A DNA stretch of 64,000 nucleotides from Candidatus Omnitrophota bacterium. Lineage in GTDB: Bacteria > Omnitrophota > Gorgyraeia > Tantalellales > Tantalellaceae. Every line of letters begins with the position of its first letter. Position 1 is the first letter of the stretch. The stretch is from NCBI GenBank assembly GCA_015231405.1, contig JADGBR010000001.1, forward strand, positions 5,859 to 69,858, written 5' to 3'. A program made the position numbers and the translations under genes. Shown piece after piece: positions 9,929 through 19,089 of the stretch. Under the pieces are notes generated by a model. The model did no database searches. It had not been told where the DNA came from and saw only the letters and a list, made by a program, of their open reading frames with translations.

Positions 9929-10375
9929 ATGAAATTCGGTCTTATCGTTGTGCTTGTCATGGTCTTGTGTTTACCGTTCGTCGCGGCGACTTCTTCTTTC
10001 GGGGACGCGGCGGATCTTCTGAAGCAGGGACTGCTTGGAGCGGGTACGGGCGCCGCGGCCAGCGCCGTAGGTAAAGGTAATGCAGGGACAGGCGCTCTTG
10101 TCGGAGCCGGCGTCGGAATTCTTGGGAACACTGTTTTAGACAGCATAACCAACAAACCCGCGCCCCAGCCTCAATACCAGCAGGCTCCCGTAGTTTATCA
10201 GCAAGCCCCGGTACAGTACCAGCAGGCGCCGGTACAATACCAGCAGCAGGCCCCGTATCAGCAGTCCAAAGACGCGTATTCGACTGGGTACGAGGATGGG
10301 TACAGCAACGGTTATAAGGCGGGTTATACGGCAGGATATAAAGAAGGCCTTCAGGAAGCTTACAAAAAGGAATGA
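9929..10375 (+). CDS. Secreted glycine-zipper protein with Q/P/Y repeats
   Basis: AGGAGG RBS; signal peptide; GAGTGAAA...GALVGAGVG; YQQAPV repeats; GYxx tail. Alternative start GTG 9920. Confidence 0.75.
   Translation: MKFGLIVVLVMVLCLPFVAATSSFGDAADLLKQGLLGAGTGAAASAVGKGNAGTGALVGAGVGILGNTVLDSITNKPAPQPQYQQAPVVYQQAPVQYQQAPVQYQQQAPYQQSKDAYSTGYEDGYSNGYKAGYTAGYKEGLQEAYKKE
10175..10265 (+). repeat. 21-nt coding tandem repeat (YQQAPVx)
   Basis: taccagcaggctcccgtagtt / tatcagcaagccccggtacag / taccagcaggcgccggtacaa. Confidence 0.75.
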
Positions 10376-10401
10376 TCGCACCGCCCCTTCGTGCAGTGAA
10401 A

Positions 10402-10475
10402 GCGAGCGTAGCACAGTGGTAGTGCAGAAGCCTTCCAAGCTTCCTACGAGGGTTCGATTCCCTTCGCTCGCTCCA
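10402..10475 (+). tRNA. tRNA-Gly(TCC)
   Basis: Acceptor GCGAGCG/CGCTCGC, anticodon arm GAAGC-CT-TCC-AA-GCTTC, GTTCGATTC, CCA end. Confidence 0.96.
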
Positions 10476-10545
10476 GTTTTTAACCCTCAAAAAAATAATT
10501 TTCTATGATCCGCTCTTTCATAAAATATTATTTTCCATTATTTTC

Positions 10546-10573
10546 TTGACAGAAACTTTTTTTTTGATAAAAT
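10546..10573 (+). promoter_or_regulatory. Sigma-70 promoter of the tRNA-Thr/tuf operon
   Basis: TTGACA-16nt-TAAAAT with TG extended -10 and AT-rich upstream sequence. Confidence 0.75.
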
Positions 10574-10697
10574 CTAAAGCTCAACATATCTATATAAAGG
10601 TTAAATTAAGAAACTCCCAACAATACAAAGCCCGATCGATTCGGGCTATGGGAGAAGTTTAGTTTTAATAAAAGATATTCTTTTTTTAAAACCGCCG

Positions 10698-10773
10698 GCC
10701 CATGTAGCTCAGCTGGTAGAGCACATCCATGGTAAGGATGGGGTCGCCAGTTCGATTCTGGCCGTGGGCTCCA
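10698..10773 (+). tRNA. tRNA-Thr(GGT)
   Basis: GCCCATG acceptor, CATCC-AT-GGT-AA-GGATG anticodon arm, CCA end. Confidence 0.96.
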
Positions 10774-10834
10774 TTTAACCTAAAAGTTGTTGGGAGTATT
10801 TTCAGTGGTCGCTATTTTTTAGGAGGACAAAGTT

Positions 10835-12031
10835 ATGGCAAAAGCGAAATTTGAAAGAAATAAACCGCATATGAACATAGGGACGATCGGACATGTTGAC
10901 CATGGGAAGACATCGCTGACATCCGTGATAACTATGTATCTCGCCAATAAAGGCATGGCGGAAAGAAGGAACTATGACACGATCGACAAGGCTCCGGAAG
11001 AAAGGGAAAGAGGCATAACGATCGCGGTCGCGCATGTTGAGTATGAGACCGTGAAAAGGCATTATGCGCACATAGATTGTCCGGGTCACGCTGACTACAT
11101 CAAGAACATGATAACGGGCGCGGCGCAGATGGACGGGGCTATACTGGTAGTGTCGGCCGCGGACGGTCCGATGCCGCAGACGAGGGAGCACATACTTCTT
11201 GCCAGGCAGGTCAACGTGCCTGCGATAGTCGTGTGTATGAATAAAGTGGACCAGGTAGACGATCCGGAGCTTTTGGACCTTGTGGAGCTTGAGGTGAGGG
11301 AGCTGTTGAATAAGTACGGTTTCCCCGGCGACACGACTCCGATAATAAAGGGAAGCGCGCTAAAGGCGCTTGAGGTTGAAGGAGCGGTCGACAGCCCGCA
11401 CTGCAAATTCATCCAGGAGCTGATGGACGCGTGCGACGCGTTCATACCGCAGCCGGTCCGTGAAATAGAGAAGCCGTTCCTGATGCCGATAGAGGACATA
11501 TTCAGCATAACGGGAAGAGGCACCGTCGCCACCGGCAGGATCGAGAGGGGCCAGGTTAAGGTCGGCGAGGAAATAGAGATAGTAGGAATAAAGGACACGG
11601 TCAAGTCGGTAGTCACGGGAGTCGAGATGTTCAGGAAGATACTTGACTCGGGTCAGGCCGGAGATAATGTCGGGATACTTTTAAGGGGTATAGATAAGAC
11701 GAACCTGGTAAGAGGGCAGGTATTAGCCGCGCCGGGTTCGATAAAGCCGCACAAGAGGTTCAAGGCGTCGATATACATACTGTCGAAAGAGGAAGGCGGA
11801 AGACATACGCCGTTCTTCGCGGGATACAGGCCGCAGTTCTACATAAGGACGACGGACGTGACGGGTATGACGAAGCTGCCCGCGGGCGTGGAGATGGTAA
11901 TGCCGGGCGACAACATAGCGCTCGAGATAGAGTTGATAACTCCCGTCGCGCTCGAGAAAGAGCTGAGGTTCGCGATAAGGGAAGGCGGTCATACGGTAGG
12001 GGCCGGAGTTATATCGGAGATTTTGGAATAA
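10835..12031 (+). CDS. tuf: Elongation factor Tu (copy 1)
   Basis: [20 protein letters not shown]. Confidence 0.99.
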   Translation: MAKAKFERNKPHMNIGTIGHVDHGKTSLTSVITMYLANKGMAERRNYDTIDKAPEERERGITIAVAHVEYETVKRHYAHIDCPGHADYIKNMITGAAQMDGAILVVSAADGPMPQTREHILLARQVNVPAIVVCMNKVDQVDDPELLDLVELEVRELLNKYGFPGDTTPIIKGSALKALEVEGAVDSPHCKFIQELMDACDAFIPQPVREIEKPFLMPIEDIFSITGRGTVATGRIERGQVKVGEEIEIVGIKDTVKSVVTGVEMFRKILDSGQAGDNVGILLRGIDKTNLVRGQVLAAPGSIKPHKRFKASIYILSKEEGGRHTPFFAGYRPQFYIRTTDVTGMTKLPAGVEMVMPGDNIALEIELITPVALEKELRFAIREGGHTVGAGVISEILE

Positions 12032-12058
12032 GCTCTCAGCCATCAGCTGAAAGCTAAA
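12031..12058. repeat. Heptamer array AGCTNNN x4
   Basis: agctctc agccatc agctgaa agctaaa. Confidence 0.7.
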
Positions 12059-12074
12059 AAGATACGGAGCAAAC

Positions 12075-12245
12075 ATGGCTAAAAAAAAAGGAGTAATCGA
12101 AAACGTCCAATTGCAGTGCGAATCCTGCAAACAGCGGAATTATTCGATACGCAAGAACAGGAAAAAGAACCCTGACAGGATGGAAGTCAGCAAATACTGC
12201 CCATTTGAACGAGTGCATAAAAAGCACAAGGAGATAAAAAAGTGA
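12075..12245 (+). CDS. rpmG: 50S ribosomal protein L33 (not in the ORF track)
   Basis: Manual translation MAKKKGVIENVQLQCESCKQRNY...KYCPFERVHKKHKEIKK; lies between tuf and tRNA-Trp. Confidence 0.95.
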   Translation: MAKKKGVIENVQLQCESCKQRNYSIRKNRKKNPDRMEVSKYCPFERVHKKHKEIKK

Positions 12246-12248
12246 CGC

Positions 12249-12324
12249 AGGAGAGTAGCTCAATTGGCAGAGCACCGGTCTCCAAAACCGGTTGTTGCAG
12301 GTTCGAAGCCTGTCTCTCCTGCCA
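12249..12324 (+). tRNA. tRNA-Trp(CCA)
   Basis: AGGAGAG acceptor, CCGGT-CT-CCA-AA-ACCGG anticodon arm, CCA end. Confidence 0.96.
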
Positions 12325-12354
12325 GGTTATTCTCAACTACCGAGAGGGTGGAAA

Positions 12355-12546
12355 ATGAAAAGAGTAAATCAATTTTTAGGGCAGGTAAAGACCGAAATGG
12401 AAAAAGTGGCGTGGCCGTCAAAAGATGAGCTTACCACATCCACGATCGTTGTTATCATCTCAACCATTCTCCTGGGAATCTTTATAGGGATATGTGACGT
12501 AGTCCTGGCCCGGGTCGTAAATTTTTTAATAGGCGGGGTAATTTAA
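12355..12546 (+). CDS. secE: Preprotein translocase SecE
   Basis: EMEKVAWPS plus one TM segment; the ORF-track start 12292 lies inside the tRNA. Confidence 0.93.
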   Translation: MKRVNQFLGQVKTEMEKVAWPSKDELTTSTIVVIISTILLGIFIGICDVVLARVVNFLIGGVI

Positions 12547-13079
12547 TGGCTAAGAAATGGTATGTCATCCATACTCAGACGGGCCGGGAGAATTCGGCTA
12601 AAAAAAGTCTGGAAAAAATACTAGAAAGAGAGCCGGAGGGAAAGGAGTTCATATCGAGGGTGTTGATCCCTACCGAAAAAGTGGCCGAGGTCAGATCGGG
12701 AGAAAAGAAAATATCCGAAAGAAAATTCTTCCCGGGGTACCTGTTGGTCGAGATGGAGCTTAATGACAAAAGCTGGTATATAATCAAAAAAACGGCAGGG
12801 GTGGTTGGTTTCGTAGGGTCGAAAACCAAGCCCGTGGCGCTCCGGGAAGACGAGGTAGCTGAGATCCTGGAGCAAACAAAAGAATCGAAGGCGAAACCTG
12901 TGCCGAAGATCCTCTTCAGGACGGGAGAGGTGGTAAGGGTTAAGGAAGGGCCGTTCAAGAATTTTTCAGGGACTATCGAGGAGACGAACCTCGAGAAAGG
13001 CAAAATTAAGGTTATGATATCTATTTTCGGAAGGGCGACGCCCGTTGATCTGGAAACGTGGCAAGTCGAGAAAATGTAA
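12546..13079 (+). CDS. nusG: Transcription factor NusG
   Basis: WYVIHT, FFPGY, KOW, IFGRATPV. Confidence 0.97.
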   Translation: MAKKWYVIHTQTGRENSAKKSLEKILEREPEGKEFISRVLIPTEKVAEVRSGEKKISERKFFPGYLLVEMELNDKSWYIIKKTAGVVGFVGSKTKPVALREDEVAEILEQTKESKAKPVPKILFRTGEVVRVKEGPFKNFSGTIEETNLEKGKIKVMISIFGRATPVDLETWQVEKM

Positions 13080-13097
13080 AAGAAAAAAGGAAATAAC

Positions 13098-13523
13098 ATG
13101 GCAAAAAAAGTAAAAACTACCATTAAGTTATATTGCCCGGGCGGACAGGCTAACCCGGCGCCCCCGGTAGGACCGGCTCTCGGCCAGCACGGGTTGCAGA
13201 TCATGGATTTTTGCAAGCAGTTCAACGAAAGAACGAAAGACAGGCCTGGCATGCTGCTTCCCGCTCTCATTACCGTATATGAGGACAGGACTTTCACGTT
13301 CATCATCAAAAGCCCGCCGGCCAGCGTATTGCTGAAGAAGGCCGCAGGTCTCGCAAAGGCAAGCAGTAATCCCAAAGCGGAAAAGTGCGGTAGCGTTACG
13401 ATGCAGCAGGTTAGGGAAATTGCCAAGGACAAAAAGGAAGACCTCAACACCGAGGACATGGAACAAGCCGTCAAGATGATCAAAGGCTCCGCCAGAAGTA
13501 TGGGAATAGAGGTCAAGGAATAA
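13098..13523 (+). CDS. rplK: 50S ribosomal protein L11
   Basis: [13 protein letters not shown]. Confidence 0.98.
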   Translation: MAKKVKTTIKLYCPGGQANPAPPVGPALGQHGLQIMDFCKQFNERTKDRPGMLLPALITVYEDRTFTFIIKSPPASVLLKKAAGLAKASSNPKAEKCGSVTMQQVREIAKDKKEDLNTEDMEQAVKMIKGSARSMGIEVKE

Positions 13524-13562
13524 ATAACTCCGTTAAAAATAATCAATAGAGAGGGAATTAAA

Positions 13563-14252
13563 ATGGTAAAGTTTTCGAAACGTAAGAAGGCGATGAACGC
13601 CCTTGTGGCAGGGAAAAATGATAGCGGCCTGGATGACGCGATCGCGGTACTTAAGAAAGCCCCGGCCGTGAAGTTCGACCAGACCGTCGAGATATCTATG
13701 CACCTTGACCTCGAGCAATCCACCAACCCCATCAGGGGAACTGTCAGCCTGCCGAATGGTACCGGTAAAAAGGTCAGGGTAGCGGTTTTCTGTAAGGGAG
13801 ACCATGAGACCGCGGCGAAAAAAGCCGGTGCGGACCATGTCGGCAGCGACGATCTCATCCTTAAGATACAGGAAGGCTGGCTTGATTTCGACGTGGCTGT
13901 GGCGACTCCGGATATGATGAGGGACATGGCGAAGCTCGGAAAAGTGTTGGGTCCCAGAGGGCTTATGCCTAACCCAAAACTGGGGACGGTCACTACGGAA
14001 TTGGCGAAGATAATAAAGGAGCTCAAGGCCGGAAAGATAGAGTTCAAGATGGATAAGCAGTCCGAAGTTAAAGGGCCCGTAGGGAAGCTGTCTTTTAACT
14101 CACAGTCGCTCGCCGAGAATATACGGATGTTCATTGAGACCGTGATGAACTCAAACCCGAAACTACAGCGTATACAGAACATCAAGTCCATATCGATATC
14201 CTCGACAATGGGCCCTGGAATTATGCTGGACAAGAACCAATTCGTTAAATAA
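13563..14252 (+). CDS. rplA: 50S ribosomal protein L1
   Basis: LGPRGLMPNPK, STMGPG. Confidence 0.98.
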   Translation: MVKFSKRKKAMNALVAGKNDSGLDDAIAVLKKAPAVKFDQTVEISMHLDLEQSTNPIRGTVSLPNGTGKKVRVAVFCKGDHETAAKKAGADHVGSDDLILKIQEGWLDFDVAVATPDMMRDMAKLGKVLGPRGLMPNPKLGTVTTELAKIIKELKAGKIEFKMDKQSEVKGPVGKLSFNSQSLAENIRMFIETVMNSNPKLQRIQNIKSISISSTMGPGIMLDKNQFVK

Positions 14253-14266
14253 GAGGTGAAAAGATC

Positions 14267-14806
14267 ATGGCTGAAAAATACGGAAAGAAAGTCAGGGCGT
14301 TAATGATCAAGGAGATGGAGACCGCTTTCGGGAAGAAGGGGTTCATCTTTTCAAGCTATTCCGATATCAAAGCTTCGGATATCACAGCTTTCAGGAAGAA
14401 GGTGAGAGCGAAGGGGTCCAAGTACTTTGTGGTGAAAAAGAGGCTCGGAAAAAAAGCCCTGGAGAAAAAAGGAATAAGCGGCCTTGACGAGATGTTCAAG
14501 GATAAGAAGCATGTCGGGATAACGACCATAGAGAACGATCCCGTTGAGATAGCGAAACTGCTCAAGGAATTCGCGAAGCTCAATAAGAATTTCACCGTTT
14601 CAGGCGGTTGTCTTGAGGGTAACGTGCTCGGTCCGGATCGAGTAAAAGATCTTGCCGATCTTCCGAGCAGAGAGGTGCTTATAGCGAAGGTGCTTGGGAC
14701 TATGAACGCGCCGGTCACAAGTTTTGTGGGTGTTTTGTCCTCGTTGCTGAGGAGTGTTTGTTATACGATCAACGCGATCAAGGATAAAAAGGAAAGCGGT
14801 AAATAA
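14267..14806 (+). CDS. rplJ: 50S ribosomal protein L10
   Basis: [10 protein letters not shown]; operon position. Confidence 0.93.
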   Translation: MAEKYGKKVRALMIKEMETAFGKKGFIFSSYSDIKASDITAFRKKVRAKGSKYFVVKKRLGKKALEKKGISGLDEMFKDKKHVGITTIENDPVEIAKLLKEFAKLNKNFTVSGGCLEGNVLGPDRVKDLADLPSREVLIAKVLGTMNAPVTSFVGVLSSLLRSVCYTINAIKDKKESGK

Positions 14807-14819
14807 GGGAGGAAATAAG

Positions 14820-15284
14820 ATGAGCGAAGAAAAAAAACAGGGTGTGGGTGAAGGGGCTACGGCGACCGAGGATGCGCCAAAAGCGAAGGTCAAGGTTTCC
14901 GATAAGCTGGAGAACATAATTAAGTCCGTCGAACAGATGACGGTCCTCGAGCTTTCAGATCTCGTCAAGGCTCTCGAACAGAGATTTGGCGTTTCGGCGG
15001 CGGCTCCGGTGGCTGTTCAGGCCGCTGGTGTTCCGGGCGCGGCGGCGGGTGCGGCGGCGCAGGAAGAGGAAAAGACCATTTTCACGGTCGTTCTTGCCGA
15101 TGCCGGCGCTCAGAAGATCCAGGTGATCAAAGAGATACGCGCGCTTACAAATCTCGGCCTCAAGGAAGCTAAAGATCTGGTCGAGTCCGCTCCTAAGGAG
15201 ATCAAGACCGATGTCCAGAAGGAAGAGGCTCAGAAGATCAAGAAGCAGCTTGAAGCGGTCGGCGCGAAAGTCGAACTTAAGTAA
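14820..15284 (+). CDS. rplL: 50S ribosomal protein L7/L12
   Basis: GGGAGG RBS; [18 protein letters not shown]. Confidence 0.96.
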   Translation: MSEEKKQGVGEGATATEDAPKAKVKVSDKLENIIKSVEQMTVLELSDLVKALEQRFGVSAAAPVAVQAAGVPGAAAGAAAQEEEKTIFTVVLADAGAQKIQVIKEIRALTNLGLKEAKDLVESAPKEIKTDVQKEEAQKIKKQLEAVGAKVELK

Positions 15285-15349
15285 TTCACTTGTTCGGTGC
15301 GATCGAAGCGTGATATCTCTTTTACGCCAAAACGGAGGGTAAATACCCA

Positions 15350-18300
15350 ATGGTTCTAAAGAATAAGCGGCAAACATACGCTAGGCTTACAAACGTGTTT
15401 GAATTGCCAAATCTTATTAAGATTCAGGTCGATTCATACAAGGATTTTCTCCAGATAGAGGCTTCCAGGACAAAAAGGAAAAAGCAGGGCCTGGAAGGCG
15501 TTCTCTGCGAGGTTTTCCCTATCGATAGTCCTGACGGCCAGTATTCTCTTGAATACCTGTATTACGACATCGGTAAGCCAAAGTACGACATAGATGAATG
15601 CAAGAACAGGTCCATGACGTTCGGGGCTCCTCTTAGGATAAAGCTCAGGCTTAAATCCGTAAAGGAGGTCAAGGAGCAGGAAGTTTATGTCGGGGAAATA
15701 CCGCTCATGTCCAACAAGGGAACCTTCGTCATCAACGGGGATGAAAGGGTGGTAGTGAACCAGCTTCACAGGTCACCCGGTGTTTCTTTCGAGGAGACCG
15801 GAACGCCTACCGGGAAGATATCTTTCGCGGCCAGGCTTATACCGGACAGGGGGGCGTGGATCGAGTTCCTTTACGACAGGAACGACCTCTTGTACGTTTT
15901 TATTGATAGAAAAAGAAAATTCCTTGCCACGACTTTTCTTCGTATTTTCGGTCTGTCCAAGGATGAGGAAATACTCGCAGCGTTCGGAGGGGTCGATCAG
16001 GTGATCCTGACGAGGCAGAAACAGTGCGAAGATCTTGTCGGGAGGGTTCTGGCGGAAGACATAATTGACACGGTCTCAAATTCGATCCTGGCGCAGAAAA
16101 CCGAGAAAATAACACAGTCCGTAGCCGACAGACTGTGGGACGGGAAAATCAGGGAAGTTAAATTACTCAGGAATGTCCCGAAAGAAGTGGTCAACACTCT
16201 TGAACATGACAGCACGAAGACAAGGGAGGAAGCCTATCTCGATATTTATAAAAGGCTCCGCCCCGGCGACCCGCCGACGCTTGAATCCGCCACAGAGCTT
16301 ATCAACCAGATGTTCTTCGACAAGAGAAGATACGATCTTACCCATGTCGGCGTCCGCATGATAAACCGCAAGCTTGGTATGGACAGGTCTCTGGACGTTC
16401 AACTCCTGGACGCCGAAACCCTGGTCAAAGCCGTCAATTATCTTCTCGCCATAAAGACGGGCGAAAAGAGTACCGACGATATAGACCACTTGGGTAACAG
16501 GCGTGTGAGAAGCGTAGGAGAACAGCTCATCAATCAGATACGCATAGGTATGGCCAGGGTTGAGAGGGTCACCCGGGAAAGGATGGGAGTTTATGACATG
16601 GAAGATGTCATGCCCCACAACCTGGTTAATACAAAACTTATAGCTAGCTGTATCCATGACTTTTTCGCGAGGGGGAGATTATCTCAGTTCATGGACCAGA
16701 CAAATCCTCTCGCCGAGCTTACACATTTGAGGAGGCTCAGCGCCCTGGGCCCCGGAGGTTTGAACAGAGAAAGAGCCGGATTTGAAGTAAGGGACGTACA
16801 TTATTCCCATTACGGAAGGCTTTGTCCCATAGAAACCCCGGAAGGGCCTAACATAGGACTTATAAACTCTTTGAGCACTTACGCGGGTGTAGATGAGTTT
16901 GGGTTCCTTGTCACTCCATACAAAAAAGTCGTTGACGGGAAAGTTACCGGAAAGATCGAATATCTTTCCGCAGATATAGAAGATAATTACATCATCGCAC
17001 AGGCTAATTCCCTGGTCGACGAAGAAGGTTCTTTTAAGAGCAGCAAGATATTTTCGCGTTTTAAGGACGATTTCCTTGTTGCCGATAAGAACGACGTCCA
17101 GTACATGGACGTGTCTCCGATACAGCTCGTAAGCGTTTGCGCAGGCCTTATCCCGTTCCTTGAACATGACGACGCCAACAGGGCGCTGATGGGTTCAAAC
17201 ATGCAGAGACAGGCTGTTCCTCTTTTATTTCCCCAAGAGCCGCTGGTCGGTACAGGCATCGAGGGTAGAGTGGCGGTGGATTCGGGCGCGGTAGAAGTTG
17301 CCAGGAAAGAAGGGAAAGTGACTAAGGTTGACGCCCTGGAGATAGTGATCGCCGGGGAGAAATATCCGCTGAAGAAGTTTGACCGGACCAACGCGCGAAC
17401 TTCGATAAACCAGCGCCCGCTTGTTAAGATCGGTGACGAGGTCAAGGAAGGGCAGTCCATAGCGGATGGTATTTCGACGAAGAACGGTGAATTAGCCCTT
17501 GGCCGGAATATCCTGGTGGGATTTATGTCGTGGAGGGGGTATAACTTCGAGGACGCCATTCTCATCAGCGAAAAGGTACTGAAAGAGGACGCGTTCACTT
17601 CCGTGCACGTCTATAAATTTGAACTTGAAGCCAGAGACACAAGGTTGGGCAACGAGGAAGTTACGCGAGATATACCGAATGTTTCCGAGGACGCGCTTAA
17701 GAACCTGGACGAGAACGGCATTATCCGGATCGGCGCCGAAGTCGGTCCGAACAGCATTCTGGTCGGTAAAGTAGCGCCGAAATCCGAGACGGAACTTTCT
17801 CCTGAAGAGAAGCTTTTAAGGGCCATTTTCGGCGAAAAAGCCGGTGACGTGAAAGACGTGTCCCTTCGGGTACCTTCCGGAGTTAAAGGCATTGTAGTAG
17901 GCATAAAAGAGCTTACGAGGAAAACTGGAAAAACCCTTTCTAAAGATCAGAAGAGGCAGGACTCGAAAGAGAAGAAAGCGGTCAAAGAAGGTTATGACAT
18001 GATCCTCGAAAACCTCGAGGGGAAAAAGGCCGAGAGGGTCCATCAGAAACTGATCGGCTCGAAGCTGGTCAACGACCTTTTGGAGATAGAGACCGGCAAG
18101 GTGTTGCTAAAAGGCGGAAAGACGATCGTCGAATCCGACTTGGAGAAATTCAAAAAGGCCGATCTCGAGGAGATCTGCGTCGAGGATGAAAAACTGCAGT
18201 CTAAAATAAACAGCGTTGTAATGACCATCGAGGGGCAGATAGAACAGACCAATGCCGAGCTTGAAAGGGAGATAGACAGGATAGAGCACGGCGACGAACT

Positions 18301-19060
18301 TCCGGCGGGCGTCTTGAGACGTATCACGGTTTTCGTAGCCACTAAGAGGAAGCTCCAGGCCGGTGATAAGATGGCCGGAAGGCACGGGAACAAAGGCGTA
18401 ATAGCCAAAATAGTTCCCGAGCAGGATATGCCTTTCCTTCCTGACGGAACCCCTCTTGACATAGTGCTGAACCCCCTTGGCGTACCGAGCAGGATGAACA
18501 TAGGACAGCTTCTTGAGACACAGCTGGGTTGGGCCGCGAAGGTGCTGGGGAAGAAAGTTACAACGAACGTTTTTGACGGCGCTTCGGAAGATGATATAAG
18601 GAAAGCCATGAAGGAAGCGGGGCTTCCTGAATCAGGCAAAATAAGGCTTCGCGACGGTTTTACCGGGGAGCCTTTCGATCAGGAAGTTACGGTCGGTTTC
18701 ATATATCTTCTTAAGCTTGCCCATCTGGCCGATGATAAGATGCACGCAAGAAGTATTGGGCCTTATTCGCTCGTCACCCAGCAGCCCCTCGGTGGTAAGG
18801 CGCAGTTCGGAGGCCAGAGGTTCGGAGAAATGGAAGTCTGGGCGCTGGAGGCTTACGGCGCGGCTTATACGCTTCAGGAACTCTTGACGGTGAAAAGCGA
18901 CGACGTACAGGGCAGGACCAAGATATATGAGGCTATCGTCAAGGGAGAGAATATGGTGCAAACCAGCACTCCCGAGTCCTTCAACGTCTTGATAAAAGAA
19001 CTCCAGAGCCTGGGCCTTGACGTCCAGCTCCAGCAATTGGAAAAAACAGAGGCGATTTAG
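15350..19060 (+). CDS. rpoB: RNA polymerase beta subunit
   Basis: [21 protein letters not shown]. Confidence 0.99.
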   Translation: MVLKNKRQTYARLTNVFELPNLIKIQVDSYKDFLQIEASRTKRKKQGLEGVLCEVFPIDSPDGQYSLEYLYYDIGKPKYDIDECKNRSMTFGAPLRIKLRLKSVKEVKEQEVYVGEIPLMSNKGTFVINGDERVVVNQLHRSPGVSFEETGTPTGKISFAARLIPDRGAWIEFLYDRNDLLYVFIDRKRKFLATTFLRIFGLSKDEEILAAFGGVDQVILTRQKQCEDLVGRVLAEDIIDTVSNSILAQKTEKITQSVADRLWDGKIREVKLLRNVPKEVVNTLEHDSTKTREEAYLDIYKRLRPGDPPTLESATELINQMFFDKRRYDLTHVGVRMINRKLGMDRSLDVQLLDAETLVKAVNYLLAIKTGEKSTDDIDHLGNRRVRSVGEQLINQIRIGMARVERVTRERMGVYDMEDVMPHNLVNTKLIASCIHDFFARGRLSQFMDQTNPLAELTHLRRLSALGPGGLNRERAGFEVRDVHYSHYGRLCPIETPEGPNIGLINSLSTYAGVDEFGFLVTPYKKVVDGKVTGKIEYLSADIEDNYIIAQANSLVDEEGSFKSSKIFSRFKDDFLVADKNDVQYMDVSPIQLVSVCAGLIPFLEHDDANRALMGSNMQRQAVPLLFPQEPLVGTGIEGRVAVDSGAVEVARKEGKVTKVDALEIVIAGEKYPLKKFDRTNARTSINQRPLVKIGDEVKEGQSIADGISTKNGELALGRNILVGFMSWRGYNFEDAILISEKVLKEDAFTSVHVYKFELEARDTRLGNEEVTRDIPNVSEDALKNLDENGIIRIGAEVGPNSILVGKVAPKSETELSPEEKLLRAIFGEKAGDVKDVSLRVPSGVKGIVVGIKELTRKTGKTLSKDQKRQDSKEKKAVKEGYDMILENLEGKKAERVHQKLIGSKLVNDLLEIETGKVLLKGGKTIVESDLEKFKKADLEEICVEDEKLQSKINSVVMTIEGQIEQTNAELEREIDRIEHGDELPAGVLRRITVFVATKRKLQAGDKMAGRHGNKGVIAKIVPEQDMPFLPDGTPLDIVLNPLGVPSRMNIGQLLETQLGWAAKVLGKKVTTNVFDGASEDDIRKAMKEAGLPESGKIRLRDGFTGEPFDQEVTVGFIYLLKLAHLADDKMHARSIGPYSLVTQQPLGGKAQFGGQRFGEMEVWALEAYGAAYTLQELLTVKSDDVQGRTKIYEAIVKGENMVQTSTPESFNVLIKELQSLGLDVQLQQLEKTEAI

Positions 19061-19089
19061 AACAACCTAATCCAATATTGAGGTAAACG

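Noticed and set aside
9957-10490. 177-aa minus-strand ORF
   Set aside because: Antisense to tRNA-Gly and the glycine-zipper gene.
10402-10500. tRNA-Gly as an integration site for an island
   Set aside because: No integrase and no duplicated tRNA 3' end were seen in the window.
12575-14233. 552-aa minus-strand ORF
   Set aside because: Antisense shadow of nusG-rplK-rplA with no recognisable motifs. The other long antisense ORFs over rpoBC, fusA and rpoA were rejected for the same reason.
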